Shown one piece after another: positions 28,544-39,305 of a stretch of 64,000 bases of DNA (within the stretch, counting starts at the first letter, position 1; the number at the start of each line of letters is the position of its first letter). Under the pieces are notes generated by a model. That model saw only the letters and a list, made by a program, of their open reading frames with translations, was not told the origin of the DNA and did no database searches. The translations under genes and the position numbers were made by a program. Location of the stretch: contig CAVVUS010000044.1 of the NCBI GenBank assembly GCA_963751345.1, positions 1 through 64,000 on the forward strand, written 5' to 3'. This DNA is from an uncultured Chloroflexia bacterium. Lineage in GTDB: Bacteria; Chloroflexota; Anaerolineae; B4-G1; SLSP01.

Positions 28544-30475
28544 CTACGCTTGGCGGAGCCAGACCTGCATCGCCCCGACCTCGCGGTTGGCCCAGGCGAA
28601 ATAGGGAACGGCGGTTATCCTGATGGGCTGCAGGGCCTCTGCCTTGGGCTGGGCCCGCCGGTAGAGCGCGTCCTCCCACCCTGCGCCCGGCTGGGCAACC
28701 AATCCCTCTCCCTCGATGATCTCCACGCCACCCAGCAGATCCTTGCGGAAGGCGGTCGTGAGTTGAGCCTCCGGCGGTAGGACCACGTCGCGTAGATCCA
28801 CGCCCGGATGATCGGCTGCCTCCAGGCAGTAGAGTAGGGGACCGCGCATCAGCGCAATGCGTCCGGCGTTCTCCAGTGCGTACGGGTGCGCCTCGACGCG
28901 TCGGACAGGCATCGGAAGCTGGATGCAGACCGAATCACCGACGGCCCACGTCCGATGGATGTGCAGATAGTGACCAGGATCGACGTCACCGGGACAGGCG
29001 CCACCATTGACGCTCACGCTGGGTCGTTCTGCTTCGCTATCGGCCTCGCACCAGCCTGGGATTCGCACGTTGATGGAGAATGTGCCCGCGGTGAGCAGCT
29101 CCACGATGACTTGGCCGTTCCAGGGATAGAGTGTCCGCTGAATGAGCTTGATCGTGCGACCGTCAGGTAGTGTGATCAGGGCTTCGTTGGGTGCATAGGT
29201 GTTGAGCCAGATTGCGTCGCCGTCGACACTGTACAGGTAACCCGGCATCTGAGCCAAGGTGCGCGCGATGTTCGGCGGGCAGCAGGCACACCCAAACCAG
29301 GGCTGCCGTTGCGTGACCTTGCCGCCAGGTTCAGGCTGACCATCCGTGGCCAGGGGATTGACGTAGAAGTAGTTTGTGCCGTCGAGGGAGAGGCCGGGCA
29401 ACGCGGCATTGTACAGTGCCCGCTCCATCAGATCCATATAGGTGGATGCGCCGTCTAGCTGCAGCATGCGCCACGCCCACATCACGTTGGCGATTCCGGC
29501 ACACGTCTCGGCATAGGCGCGCGCGTTTGGTAGTTCGAAGTCCGCGCCCACCGACTCTCCCTGATGTCGTGCGCCGAGGCCGCCGGTGATGTAGACCTGG
29601 CGCATGGCCATATGATCCCATAGGCGCTTGACCGCTTGCCGGAGGCCGGGATCTCCTGTCTCCGCGACGACATCTGTGGCGCCGGCACTGAGGTAGAGCG
29701 CTCGCACTGCGTGTCCCGTGAGGCGGTCGAGCTCGCGGAATGGCACGTGATCCTGATGATAGGGGCTGCCGCCAACCACGCCCTGCCCGCGGGCATCGAT
29801 GAAGTACCGGGCCTGGTCAAGATACCGTGAATCACCGGTCGCGCGATACAGCTCGACAAGCCCCATCTCGATCTCCGGATGACCCGATGTCCCGGCGCGT
29901 TGGCCGCTGCCGAGACCGAAGGTCGTGCAGATCAGGTCGGCGAGGCGCCGTGCCACGTCGAGGAGGCGGGTGGTCCCCGTCGCACGGTAATGTGCCACCG
30001 CGGCCTGAAAAAGATGTCCGGCGCAATAGAGTTCGTGGAGGTCACGTAGGTTTGTCCATCGCTCGCCCTCGCGTTCAAACGTGAAGTACGTGTCAAGGTA
30101 GCCATCCGCTCCTTGGGCCTCCTCGATGACGGTGACGACCTCGGCGACCAGATCGTTCAGCTCAGCGTCCGCGCCATCTGCGAGGGCCCAAGAAGCCGCC
30201 TCCAGCCACTTGTAGACGTCGCTGTCGTTGAAGTAGATGCCCTGGAAGTCGACGTCGAGGTGACCGGCGGCACGACGGAAATTGTCCAGCCGTCCGGTGG
30301 TCTCCAGGTAACAGAGCTGCGATCGAAGGGTTACCGTACGCGTCTGCTCACGCCGGGAGCGCCAAAAGCCCTCCGTCAGGTCGACCGCGGTGAGCGGCAC
30401 CGGCCGTAGTTTCGCGTAAGGACTCTCAGACGTATCGACGACGAACGTTTGTGGTGGCGTGGTTCCTGGCTGCAT
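28544..30475 (-). CDS. GH127 beta-L-arabinofuranosidase family glycoside hydrolase
   Basis: FNDSDVYKWLEA, HELYCAGH, GHPEIE, GHAVRALYL, YAETCA, CACCPPN, MRGPLLYCLE, PYFAWANR. AAGGAG RBS before ATG 30475. Confidence 0.95.
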   Translation of the reverse strand: MQPGTTPPQTFVVDTSESPYAKLRPVPLTAVDLTEGFWRSRREQTRTVTLRSQLCYLETTGRLDNFRRAAGHLDVDFQGIYFNDSDVYKWLEAASWALADGADAELNDLVAEVVTVIEEAQGADGYLDTYFTFEREGERWTNLRDLHELYCAGHLFQAAVAHYRATGTTRLLDVARRLADLICTTFGLGSGQRAGTSGHPEIEMGLVELYRATGDSRYLDQARYFIDARGQGVVGGSPYHQDHVPFRELDRLTGHAVRALYLSAGATDVVAETGDPGLRQAVKRLWDHMAMRQVYITGGLGARHQGESVGADFELPNARAYAETCAGIANVMWAWRMLQLDGASTYMDLMERALYNAALPGLSLDGTNYFYVNPLATDGQPEPGGKVTQRQPWFGCACCPPNIARTLAQMPGYLYSVDGDAIWLNTYAPNEALITLPDGRTIKLIQRTLYPWNGQVIVELLTAGTFSINVRIPGWCEADSEAERPSVSVNGGACPGDVDPGHYLHIHRTWAVGDSVCIQLPMPVRRVEAHPYALENAGRIALMRGPLLYCLEAADHPGVDLRDVVLPPEAQLTTAFRKDLLGGVEIIEGEGLVAQPGAGWEDALYRRAQPKAEALQPIRITAVPYFAWANREVGAMQVWLRQA

Positions 30476-30711
30476 CACTTGCTCCTTAGGGTATCGGGCG
30501 ACCGGGCTACCAATGGCCTCGACCGCATCTGTATCATAGTGGGCAATCTCCGGGCATTCTAGTCCCGAGTGGTGCTGTAGCAACCACACCTCTGCCATGG
30601 CATCTCTTGGGCGTAACAGACGCCCGGTGATCGGTACCTGGGACGACGAGTCCTCCGCCGACTGTGGGTGCAACGAGCGCATTCCACCGATCGTGCACCC
30701 TCGGCTGCTTA

Positions 30712-30720
30712 TGCTATAAT
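30712..30720 (+). promoter_or_regulatory. Extended -10 promoter element
   Basis: TGCTATAAT 32 bp upstream of the histidine kinase start. Confidence 0.55.
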
Positions 30721-30752
30721 CGGACTATCATACAAACTCCTGGATTCTGCCC

Positions 30753-33146
30753 ATGACCCACACGTTGCGCTACAGACTCTCGATGCTCATCGGGCTGGCT
30801 GCAATCGCGGCGCTCCTCGTGGTGACCCTACGGGCACCTGCCCTGCCGAGCGCCATTCCGATGATGTTGGGCTTGAGCATTCTGATTCTCTTTGCCGACA
30901 CCTACAGCATTTCGATCGGTGGAGGCGAGGTCTCGCTTATGCCGATGACCGTCACGGGCGCGTACCTTATGTCGGGCACCACGATCATCGGTTGGGCCGT
31001 CCTGCTGAGTTCGCTTGGCTACGCTGCTGTGCGATACCGGCGCGGTCGCCTGAACCCTGCCTCTCACGAACCACGCGGTCGGGCGTTGGTTGAGGTGACG
31101 GCTATGAACCTTGGGATGCACGAGCTGGGCATCCTGGCTTGCGCAGCCGTCTTTGGGGCGTTGGGCGGTCATGTGCCCCTTATGCAGGTCACCCGTCAGG
31201 CAGTTGGGCCGCTGCTGTTGTCAGGGGTGGCCTATCTCGTCGTGAATCACGGGCTAGTGACCGTCTACTTCGCCACACGTGGCCGGACCGCCCTGCAGAC
31301 CTACCTGCAATCACTGCCACGGGCCCTCCTCTTCGAGGGAGCCCCTCTCATCTGGGCACCTCTCATCGCGCTGATCTACACCGGACTTGGGCTTCCCTAC
31401 TTCGTGCTGTTCGCATTCGCTTTGATTACCTCCTCACTGATCAGTCACTCTCTGGCCGTTACGAGCCAACGTCTTCAGCGGCGCCTGAGAGAACTCGGCG
31501 GCTTGCAGGCCGTCGGTCAGGTCCTGAGTGTGAGCCTCGACGTGGAGACGATTCTGTCGGCGATCTATGCGCAGGTCACACAACTCATGCCCACGCGCTC
31601 GTTCTACGTGGCTCTCTACGATCCTGAGCTGGGCGAGGTATCTTTCCCTATGGTGATCGAGGAGGGCAAGCGTGTCCAGGGCACGGCGCGAAGGGCGAGG
31701 CGAGGGCTTACGGAGTATGTGCTCGAAGTCGGCGAGCCTCTGCTCATTGCCCAGGATGTAGCGAAGCGTGCTGCTGCGTTGGGCCTGGAGCACCTCGGCC
31801 GCGAAGCCACCTGTTGGCTGGGTGTCCCCATGACGGCGGGTGACGAGGTCCTGGGCATGATGGCAGTGCAATCCTTCGAAGCGCCCGAGGAACTCGACCG
31901 TTCGCATCTCGAGATTCTCGAGACGATTGCCGCTCAGGCCGCGATCGCGGTCAAGAACGCGCGTCTGTACGAGCGGACGGACGAAGCGTTGGCTCGGCGG
32001 GTGCAGGAGCTCGATTCGGTGCTCCGCACCACGCACGATGGCGTCATCCTGTTGGACCTTGAGCTGCGGGTCCTTGCCGTCAATCGGGCGCTGGCCGATC
32101 TCGTCGGCATTGCCCAGACAGACCTCGCGCGCCACCCCATCGATGCCCTGCAGCCTGGCGGCGATCCATTGATCGCGCGGATTGGCTACGAACTCGACGG
32201 TCTGCGAGATGACTGCGCCCATCTGCTCAAGGGTGACGTAGAACAGATCGAAGCGGTCATCGTTCTTGGGCCCACGAGCCTGCACGTGAACCGCACGCTG
32301 ACGCCGGTGCGTGACGGCGAAGGTTCCATCACGGGCTGGCTGTTGAACTTCCGTGATCTGACAGAGGAGCTCGAACTGAAGCATCTACGGGAGGATCTGA
32401 CCGGCATGCTGGTGCACGACCTGCGCTCTCCGATGTCGTTGGTACTGGCCAGCCTATCGATGCTTCCCGAGGCCATAACGCGGCGGGAACAGGAGCAGGT
32501 AGATCGCCTGGTTGCCATTGCGCAGCGCAGCGGCGAGCGCATTCTGACGCTCATCGACGATCTGCTCGACATCAGCCAGTTGGAGCGGGGACAACTGCCG
32601 ATGAGCATTGAGTCCACCTCAATTGAGGAGCTCTTCCGCGAGGTGACCGCGCGCTATCTGCCCATGGCTTCAGCGAACGACATTGTGTTGGCGGTCGATG
32701 CGGGCGACGCGTTGCCGCCGGTTGGCGTCGACGGCTCTCTCATCCTGCGTGTGCTATCGAACCTGGTGGACAACGCACTGAAGTTCACGCCCAATGGGGG
32801 CGAGGTCAAGCTGTGCGCCCGTGAGGATGCGCGCACTGCACCGGGGGCTGTGATCGTCAGCGTCTGCGACACGGGCCCTGGGATCCCGTATGATGCACGC
32901 CCTAAGTTGTTCGAGAAATTCCAGCAGGTACCGAACATCCATGGAAGGCGGCGAGGAACCGGCCTCGGCCTTCCCTTCTGCAAGCTGACGGTCGAAGCCC
33001 ACGGAGGCCAGATCTGGGTGGACAGTGAGGTGGGTCAGGGGAGCACTTTCTCACTAACGCTCCCGATTGTCGCTCCGCCGTTGTTGTCCGGCGCGTCTAT
33101 CGCCGATCGTCGCAGCGGGGCCGGTGAGGAAGCCAGCAGGGCATAG
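30753..33146 (+). CDS. Membrane sensor histidine kinase (multi-TM, GAF, PAS, HisKA, HATPase)
   Basis: GAF (WLGVPM, IAAQAAIAVKNARLY), VHDLRSP, NLVDNALKFT, DTGPGI, GTGLGL, GSTF. Confidence 0.95.
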   Translation: MTHTLRYRLSMLIGLAAIAALLVVTLRAPALPSAIPMMLGLSILILFADTYSISIGGGEVSLMPMTVTGAYLMSGTTIIGWAVLLSSLGYAAVRYRRGRLNPASHEPRGRALVEVTAMNLGMHELGILACAAVFGALGGHVPLMQVTRQAVGPLLLSGVAYLVVNHGLVTVYFATRGRTALQTYLQSLPRALLFEGAPLIWAPLIALIYTGLGLPYFVLFAFALITSSLISHSLAVTSQRLQRRLRELGGLQAVGQVLSVSLDVETILSAIYAQVTQLMPTRSFYVALYDPELGEVSFPMVIEEGKRVQGTARRARRGLTEYVLEVGEPLLIAQDVAKRAAALGLEHLGREATCWLGVPMTAGDEVLGMMAVQSFEAPEELDRSHLEILETIAAQAAIAVKNARLYERTDEALARRVQELDSVLRTTHDGVILLDLELRVLAVNRALADLVGIAQTDLARHPIDALQPGGDPLIARIGYELDGLRDDCAHLLKGDVEQIEAVIVLGPTSLHVNRTLTPVRDGEGSITGWLLNFRDLTEELELKHLREDLTGMLVHDLRSPMSLVLASLSMLPEAITRREQEQVDRLVAIAQRSGERILTLIDDLLDISQLERGQLPMSIESTSIEELFREVTARYLPMASANDIVLAVDAGDALPPVGVDGSLILRVLSNLVDNALKFTPNGGEVKLCAREDARTAPGAVIVSVCDTGPGIPYDARPKLFEKFQQVPNIHGRRRGTGLGLPFCKLTVEAHGGQIWVDSEVGQGSTFSLTLPIVAPPLLSGASIADRRSGAGEEASRA

Positions 33147-33161
33147 CCCGCGCAGGGCGAG

Positions 33162-33500
33162 TCAGTACCGCAGCACAGATTCGTAGCTCTTCCTGACCAT
33201 CGTCATCACTCGCTTCAGACGCTCCAGATCATCGACCATGACCTGGAGCCAACGCTCGATTTCCCGTTCCCCGGCTTTGAAGGATTGCGCCTCATACGTC
33301 GCTTCCAGATCCTCGCGGTCACGCTTGCGTATCTGTGTAATGACGACGCCGTCTGTGACGAGGAAGGCGAAGAGCTTACCGTCCACGAGGTACGCCGGGC
33401 AGCCAAACATCCGGCGCGTCGTGACCTTGGGCCAATAGAGGACCTGGCTCTCGAAGGCCTCGCGCAGCGCCTGGGCTTCAGATTCGGAATAGTAGATCAT
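33162..33500 (-). CDS. TfoX/Sxy N-terminal-like protein
   Basis: RRMFGCPAYLVDGKLFA motif. Confidence 0.8.
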   Translation of the reverse strand: MIYYSESEAQALREAFESQVLYWPKVTTRRMFGCPAYLVDGKLFAFLVTDGVVITQIRKRDREDLEATYEAQSFKAGEREIERWLQVMVDDLERLKRVMTMVRKSYESVLRY

Positions 33501-33516
33501 TGCGATCGCTTGTCAC

Positions 33517-35187
33517 TCAAGGGGTACCGGCCTCGATCTTGTCCAGCAAGTAGCTTACCGTCCCGTCATCGTAGCGGACGAGATCATGCGGCATGCGCGC
33601 ATCATACCAGGCCGTTTGCTCCCGGCTTTGCCCATCTGCATCGTCCCAGACTAGAACCACTTTCCATGTTACATAGGTCTTGTTAGGTGTCCAGGTCGGT
33701 TCACCGGTCTTGATCCTGAGGAAACCATCAGCGACCTGGACCTCGCCTTGCTCGTTTGCCTGGGCGACGGGGATGGGTCCCCCGTAGGGGATCTGAAAGG
33801 GTAGGGCGGCGGCCCGCCACGCCCACTCGTACGACATAAGCGTCCGCGTCGCCGGCACGGTCACCAGGCTGGGTTCTTGAGTACCGACCTGCACGACCAG
33901 GTCCGGTGAGCCGTCCGGGGCAGGATAGGTCATCTCGACGCTGTCGGAGCCTTCGGTGGTCCGGCGGGCCGTGAGTGCCGATAGGCCGAGGGCCGGTTCG
34001 GTCCACAGTGTCGACAATGTCCACTTTGTCGGTTCTGCCTGAAGGGACAACGGGAGGTTGAGCGATCCGAGGGGAAGTCCCTGCAGGCGCTGCGACAGTC
34101 CCGGGACCTCCGTCGTCAGATCGAAGCCTGCGTGATCGGCGTCGCAGGACAGGCTGACCATCTCGTCCTGCACGGCCCGCGCACACTGTGCCCTGCCGAT
34201 CTCGCGCCCAAGCGGGTCCTGGATGCTGTAGGTCCACCGGACAGGCTGTTGCCACGAGGTGGGCACGTCGAGATTGAGGTCGTCGTGGAGCACGGTCTGT
34301 GGAAACCGGCTGACCAACACCTCGGAACCTGCTGCATATGCGTAGACCGCTGCGAGTGCTAACAGGGGAATGGCCCATGCCCATCGGAAGAGGGCCGGCG
34401 CTCTCGCCTCGGTTGGGGGCGTCGGTACAGGCTCCGTCGTTTTCCAGAGCAGCCAGAGAGCAGCGAAGGAAAGTGGCGTCAGTAGGGCAGCCAGGCAGAG
34501 CGCCATTATCGTCAGTCCGCCCACCACCGTCGCAGGCGCGAAGCTGGTCGCGATCAGCAGCACGGTGGCGATGGCGTTGAAGGCTGAGTGCAGCGCCATG
34601 CCGGGAAAGATCGACCCCGTGCGCCAGGCGACGAAGCCCAGCGCCAGCGCAACCGGCACGAGGCTGAACACGCCTTGGAACCGCAGGTGGTAGAGGGCGA
34701 AGATGAGACCGCCAACCACCACGCCTACCCAGGCGTGATGGCGCTCGTAGGCGCGCTGCACGTAGCCGCGGAACATCAATTCCTCGCAGATGGGTGCCAC
34801 GACCACGGTTGTCAGAGCCAGGGCTATGGCTTCGAGGGCGTTGGCAGGAAACTGCGACGGTGTCGCGGGCGCCGTGTAGCCAAGGATCAGGGTCGACAAC
34901 AGGTTGAGTCCCACGCCCGTGATCCAGAGGCCGGGCAAGGCCGCGAGCGTCAGAAGGATGGTGCGACGCTCGGGTAGGTGGAGCCTGGCCGTCTGGAGGA
35001 TCGAGAGCCCCTCCAGACGCATGAAGAGCAGCGCTGTGACAGCCAGGGAGATCTCCACGATGATGCCGATGCCATAGCGGGCGAGAGGATCGGTCTCAGA
35101 GCGGCCGGCGAAGACCAGCACAGCAATACCGATGACCAAGTAGAGATTGGCCATCAGACGAGAGGGAAGCCGTCGCGGCGCGTTCAT
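33517..35187 (-). CDS. CPBP (CAAX/Abi) intramembrane metalloprotease with large extracytoplasmic C-terminal domain
   Basis: APICEELMFRG, FALYH, LHSAFN. Confidence 0.9.
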   Translation of the reverse strand: MNAPRRLPSRLMANLYLVIGIAVLVFAGRSETDPLARYGIGIIVEISLAVTALLFMRLEGLSILQTARLHLPERRTILLTLAALPGLWITGVGLNLLSTLILGYTAPATPSQFPANALEAIALALTTVVVAPICEELMFRGYVQRAYERHHAWVGVVVGGLIFALYHLRFQGVFSLVPVALALGFVAWRTGSIFPGMALHSAFNAIATVLLIATSFAPATVVGGLTIMALCLAALLTPLSFAALWLLWKTTEPVPTPPTEARAPALFRWAWAIPLLALAAVYAYAAGSEVLVSRFPQTVLHDDLNLDVPTSWQQPVRWTYSIQDPLGREIGRAQCARAVQDEMVSLSCDADHAGFDLTTEVPGLSQRLQGLPLGSLNLPLSLQAEPTKWTLSTLWTEPALGLSALTARRTTEGSDSVEMTYPAPDGSPDLVVQVGTQEPSLVTVPATRTLMSYEWAWRAAALPFQIPYGGPIPVAQANEQGEVQVADGFLRIKTGEPTWTPNKTYVTWKVVLVWDDADGQSREQTAWYDARMPHDLVRYDDGTVSYLLDKIEAGTP

Positions 35188-35218
35188 CTGGTGCCCATCC
35201 TGGTGGAGTTCAACGGCT

Positions 35219-35758
35219 TCAGATGCGGCCGGTCCCGACCTCGAGGCCGGGGATGCGAGCGCGCTTCTCGACGTGGTGCATAGCCCACGTCATCAGCAGG
35301 ACGATGATGAGGTAGATGATCCCTATGAACGGCAACATGACCATCTGGTTGTAGTATCTGCTCATAATCCGTCGCGCCTCGCCAAAGAGGTCTGACACGG
35401 CGATCAGGGAGACGACGGACGTGTATTTCACCATATAGGCGACTTCGTTGGACCATGGCGCCACGACAAGTCGCATGGCCTGGGGCAGGACGATGTTCAC
35501 GATCGCCTGATAGCGGGTCATGCCGAGGGCGCGTGCCGCGACTGTCTGGCCGCTTCCGATCGCCTGGATCGCGCCACGGAAGTACTCGGCCTGGTAGGCG
35601 CCGCTATTCAGGCCCAGCGCAACATAGGCCGCTGCCATCGGGGAGAGGACGAGCAGACCGGCGGGAAAGCCGAGGCCCACGAGCACTGCCAAATCTCCGT
35701 AGGTCTTGTGCAACCCGGTCACGCGGATAATGGGGCCGCCCAAAGGCTCGCGTATCAT
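35219..35758 (-). pseudogene. Chimeric polar-amino-acid ABC gene: ATPase N-terminus joined to permease C-terminal half
   Basis: IIRVTGLHKTYGDLAVL (GlnQ-type start) followed in frame by LGLNSGAYQAEYFRGAIQAI..GQ..AARALGM..IVLPQA..KYTS (HisM/GlnP type). The N-terminal permease helices are missing. Confidence 0.65.
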
Positions 35759-35773
35759 CTGGCTTCGCTCAGG

Positions 35774-36277
35774 TCAGGCCTGCGCCTCGTCCTTTTCGAG
35801 AGGAGTGTAGAAGAGGTGGGATTCGCGAATGCTTAGATTGCTGGAACGGAGCTTGCCTGCCAACTCCGCCGCGATCCGCTGCATCACCTGAAAGCCAATC
35901 TCCGGGTAGTCTCTGCAGACCCGCAACAGACGGTCCCGCGGGATCCTGATGAGCTGTGCATCGGTGCTGCACCTCGCCGATGCCGTCCGCCTGCCATCCT
36001 GCTCGACAAGGGTCACCTCGCCAAAGGTGCTGGTGGGCGCCATCACGGCGACGGCAATCGGCGATTCTCCCTCACTCCGCGGTTCCAGGACGATTTCCAC
36101 GACGCCCTGTGCGATCACGTAGACGGAATCTCCCGGATCCTCTTCGTGGAAGACGTAATCGCCTGCGAGCAGTCTCATCTCTTCGCACGTCATCAGGATG
36201 ATGTCCATGTAGGAGTCCCTGAGACCTTCGAAGAGCCCCGAAGAACCGAGTATTCGCCTGCTTTCCTCGATATGCAT
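35774..36277 (-). CDS. Stand-alone cyclic nucleotide-binding domain protein
   Basis: FHEEDPGDSVYVIAQG, FGEVTL, RTASA; no HTH. Confidence 0.88.
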   Translation of the reverse strand: MHIEESRRILGSSGLFEGLRDSYMDIILMTCEEMRLLAGDYVFHEEDPGDSVYVIAQGVVEIVLEPRSEGESPIAVAVMAPTSTFGEVTLVEQDGRRTASARCSTDAQLIRIPRDRLLRVCRDYPEIGFQVMQRIAAELAGKLRSSNLSIRESHLFYTPLEKDEAQA

Positions 36278-36296
36278 ATCTGGCTCTCGATCTCGC

Positions 36297-36785
36297 CTAG
36301 ATCTCGAGGCGCGTCAGAACACCGGTGGTCAGGTCGAGGGTGGCGAAGCTAGGGCGATGCCACAGCGTGCCGCCCAGGGCGCCGGGGTTGATGACGCGGG
36401 TCCTGCCAATCAGATGCTCCGTCTGCCGATGACTATGTCCCACGATCACGTAGTCGTAGGAGCGGGACGTCACCAGCTCACGCGCTGCGTCCGACTGACC
36501 GTTGTGGACCACGGCGATGGTCACACCATCCAGGCTCAGAGTCTGCCGGTCACGGAGCCGCCCCGGTCCGAAAAGCTGCTGAGCGGCGTGGGTAAGTGCG
36601 GTATCGTGATCCATATTGCCTCGCGCGATCCAGACATCAAAACTCTTGAACAGCCGCAAGGTGTGGGCGGCTGTCACGTCGCCGGCATGCAGAATCGTGG
36701 AGATCCCGTCAAGTCGAAGCTGAGCCAGCGCCCGGATGATGTTGGCGTGGCTGTCGTGGGTGTCCGATACAAGCCCTATTCGCAT
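36297..36785 (-). CDS. YfcE/MJ0936 family metallophosphoesterase
   Basis: SDTH, HAGD, GNMD, GHSH, INPG. Confidence 0.92.
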   Translation of the reverse strand: MRIGLVSDTHDSHANIIRALAQLRLDGISTILHAGDVTAAHTLRLFKSFDVWIARGNMDHDTALTHAAQQLFGPGRLRDRQTLSLDGVTIAVVHNGQSDAARELVTSRSYDYVIVGHSHRQTEHLIGRTRVINPGALGGTLWHRPSFATLDLTTGVLTRLEI

Positions 36786-36823
36786 GCGACGTCGTCAGTA
36801 TTGTGGGCCGAGCCGGACGCGTA

Positions 36824-37468
36824 CTACGAGGCGCGGACGTCGACGACTTCAACGCCGATCCCGTCCATTGCCCCGACCAATGCATCCTTGTCAATACAGC
36901 AGACCTTGATGACCAGGTTGCCGTGTCTCTGTTGCTCACTGTAGAACGTGCCAAGGGCCACGATATCGCCCCCGATAGCGGCGATCGCGCCCGCGATCTT
37001 GCTCAGCGTCCCCGGCTCGTCGTGGACATGGATAGTGAGCCGGATTCCCTCGTCGCGCGCGCCCATCATCTCGATGAGAACCTTGAAGATATCGGTCTCG
37101 GTAATGATGCCCACGACGAGTCTGTCTCGCACGACCGGGAGCCCGCTGACCCCACTGTCCACCATAACGCGGGCCGCTTCCTCCAGCGGTTCATCCTCGG
37201 TGACAGTGACGACGTCCCTGGCCATGATCTCCTTGACCTTGAGCTTGGAGAGCAGGTAGCCGATCTCGTAAACGTTGAGGCTGGTTGCGGGTGAAGGAGA
37301 GGCATAGAGCAAGTCCTTCTCGGCCACAATCCCTACAAGGTGTCCCCGCTTGTCGACGACAGGCATGCGCCGCACCTTCTTTTGCCGCATCAGGTTCAGC
37401 GCTTCGGATACGGAGGTGTCCGGCGAGACGGTCACCGGATTCTGGGTCATCCTGTCTTTGACGAACAT
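36824..37468 (-). CDS. CBS-pair plus ACT domain protein (AcuB-like)
   Basis: Two CBS domains (SPSPATSL, GIITETDIF) plus C-terminal ACT (DEPGTL). Confidence 0.92.
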   Translation of the reverse strand: MFVKDRMTQNPVTVSPDTSVSEALNLMRQKKVRRMPVVDKRGHLVGIVAEKDLLYASPSPATSLNVYEIGYLLSKLKVKEIMARDVVTVTEDEPLEEAARVMVDSGVSGLPVVRDRLVVGIITETDIFKVLIEMMGARDEGIRLTIHVHDEPGTLSKIAGAIAAIGGDIVALGTFYSEQQRHGNLVIKVCCIDKDALVGAMDGIGVEVVDVRAS

Positions 37469-37566
37469 CGTTGTCTCCTCATGCTAAAGTGGATTCGGAT
37501 ACCACTCCGATTATGCTATTATGGCATAGCTCGTCCGTTTGGCAAACTCAGCAAGAGGAGGCAGTC

Positions 37567-38658
37567 ATGCAGTCGGATTCCCCAATTCGGGTTGATCGAC
37601 AGGCTCTGGAGGGTTTCTGCCGCGAGGTATTTCGGACGTTGTCGCTCTCCGAGGCGGACGCAACGATGGCAGCCGAGGTCCTCGTTGCTGCGGATGCCCG
37701 CGGCATCCCCTCGCATGGTGTGGCTCGCCTGCCCCGGTACGTGCACGGCCTCGAGATCGGCCTGATGCGCCCGGACGCGACGCCTGAGACGATTCGTGAG
37801 ACGCCGTCATCGCTGCTGATCGATGCGTGCGGCGCGATGGGCGCGCCGGTCAGCGTGCGGACGATGCGCGCGGTGATCGCAAAGGCGGCGGAGTCCGGCG
37901 CAGCTTTCGGCTGTGTGCGGGACTCGAACCACTTCGGTATCGCAGGGTACTATGCCATGATGGCCCTGCAGGCCGACATGATTGGGTTTGCGATGACCAA
38001 CACGGCCGCGCTCGGCGTGCCGACCTTTGGCCGCGTGCCGCGCTTTGGCACTAATCCGATGGCTTTCGCAGCGCCGGCGGCTGAGGAGGGTGCCTTCGTG
38101 CTCGACATGGCGACGACTGTGGTGCCTCGCGGCAAGATCGAGGTGTATGAACGCCGTGGGAAGCTGCTGCCGGAGGGCTGGGCTGTCGACGAGGAGGGGC
38201 ATCCGGGCACAGATCCGGTGCTGATCCTGCAGAACCTCACGGATCAGATCGGCGGCATTCTGCCGTTGGGTGGCTTGGGTGAGACCTTTGGTGGCCACAA
38301 AGGCTACGGCCTAGCCGTGATGGTGGATATCCTGTGCGGCGTTCTGTCAGGAGGTGCCTTCGGCGCTGACATAGCCGATGCCCGAGGGTCCAGTGCCCGC
38401 GTGAGTCACTTCTTTGGCGCGATCAAGATTGAGGCTTTCCGCGAGCCGCACGGCTTCCGGCAGGATATGGACCGGCTGCTCCGCTCCCTCAGGGAGAGCC
38501 CTCCTGCCGAGGGCGCCTCACGGGTCTACTTCGCCGGGCTCAAGGAGTTCGAGCACGAGGCGGATTCCCTGCGCGCCGGCGTGCCCCTCACAGAGAAGGT
38601 CTACGGCCAACTCGTGGAGGTTGGTAATCGACTTGGCGTCGACGCTCCGACGGCCTAG
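37567..38658 (+). CDS. Ldh_2 family oxidoreductase (malate/L-lactate/ureidoglycolate dehydrogenase family)
   Basis: ADARGIPSHG, SNHFGIAGYY, GTNP, LDMAT, GHKGYGL; GAGGAGG RBS. Confidence 0.93.
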   Translation: MQSDSPIRVDRQALEGFCREVFRTLSLSEADATMAAEVLVAADARGIPSHGVARLPRYVHGLEIGLMRPDATPETIRETPSSLLIDACGAMGAPVSVRTMRAVIAKAAESGAAFGCVRDSNHFGIAGYYAMMALQADMIGFAMTNTAALGVPTFGRVPRFGTNPMAFAAPAAEEGAFVLDMATTVVPRGKIEVYERRGKLLPEGWAVDEEGHPGTDPVLILQNLTDQIGGILPLGGLGETFGGHKGYGLAVMVDILCGVLSGGAFGADIADARGSSARVSHFFGAIKIEAFREPHGFRQDMDRLLRSLRESPPAEGASRVYFAGLKEFEHEADSLRAGVPLTEKVYGQLVEVGNRLGVDAPTA

Positions 38659-39149
38659 CGCAACCGCGGGATTCGGAGAAAGAGAAGCTGGCCCAACTGC
38701 AACGCGTCGAGCTGCTTCCAGACTGCCTTGCGCTTGCCACGCTCGTTTCTCAAGAGCTTGTAAGACCGAAGCCACGGCAAGAAGACCTGAAGCAACAGCC
38801 ACAGCGCCAGGGCGGACAGAGCCGTCTCGATCCACAGTCCTGATGTGAGGGCACTGAGCAGGAAGATACCGATGAACGCGAGCCCGCTGCCGGCGGTCGC
38901 GTGGGTGGTGGCATTCCACCATACGGGGGTACGCTCCTGCATAACCGCGGTGAGAGCCACAGGATAAGCCAGGAAAGCCGTGAAGAACAGCGCCCCAGAA
39001 AGGGCTTGTCGGGCGGGCTGGCCTGCTGACAGGCTGAGAAAGCTCAGGGCAATGCGCCCAAGCATATGGAGGATGATGGCCCAGATCAGCCCGGCGAACA
39101 TCGCCATACGGTTGAAATGTGCCGCAGGTTCCACCGCGCTAGACCCCAT
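38655..39149 (-). CDS. Four-TM membrane protein of unknown function
   Basis: 164-aa hydrophobic ORF whose stop overlaps the Ldh_2 stop. Confidence 0.6.
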   Translation of the reverse strand: MGSSAVEPAAHFNRMAMFAGLIWAIILHMLGRIALSFLSLSAGQPARQALSGALFFTAFLAYPVALTAVMQERTPVWWNATTHATAGSGLAFIGIFLLSALTSGLWIETALSALALWLLLQVFLPWLRSYKLLRNERGKRKAVWKQLDALQLGQLLFLRIPRLR

Positions 39150-39305
39150 TGCCCAGCTTCCCTGAAGTCGCGCCGGTCTCCCAACCGCGGGCTCTCGCCA
39201 GCGATCGTGTCCTGCATGACCTGGACGGCATAGCAGGCGACGAATCTCAGCGGGATGATCGGATTGAAGATGCTCAGGAACACAAGCCCACGGCCCGTCA
39301 ATGGA

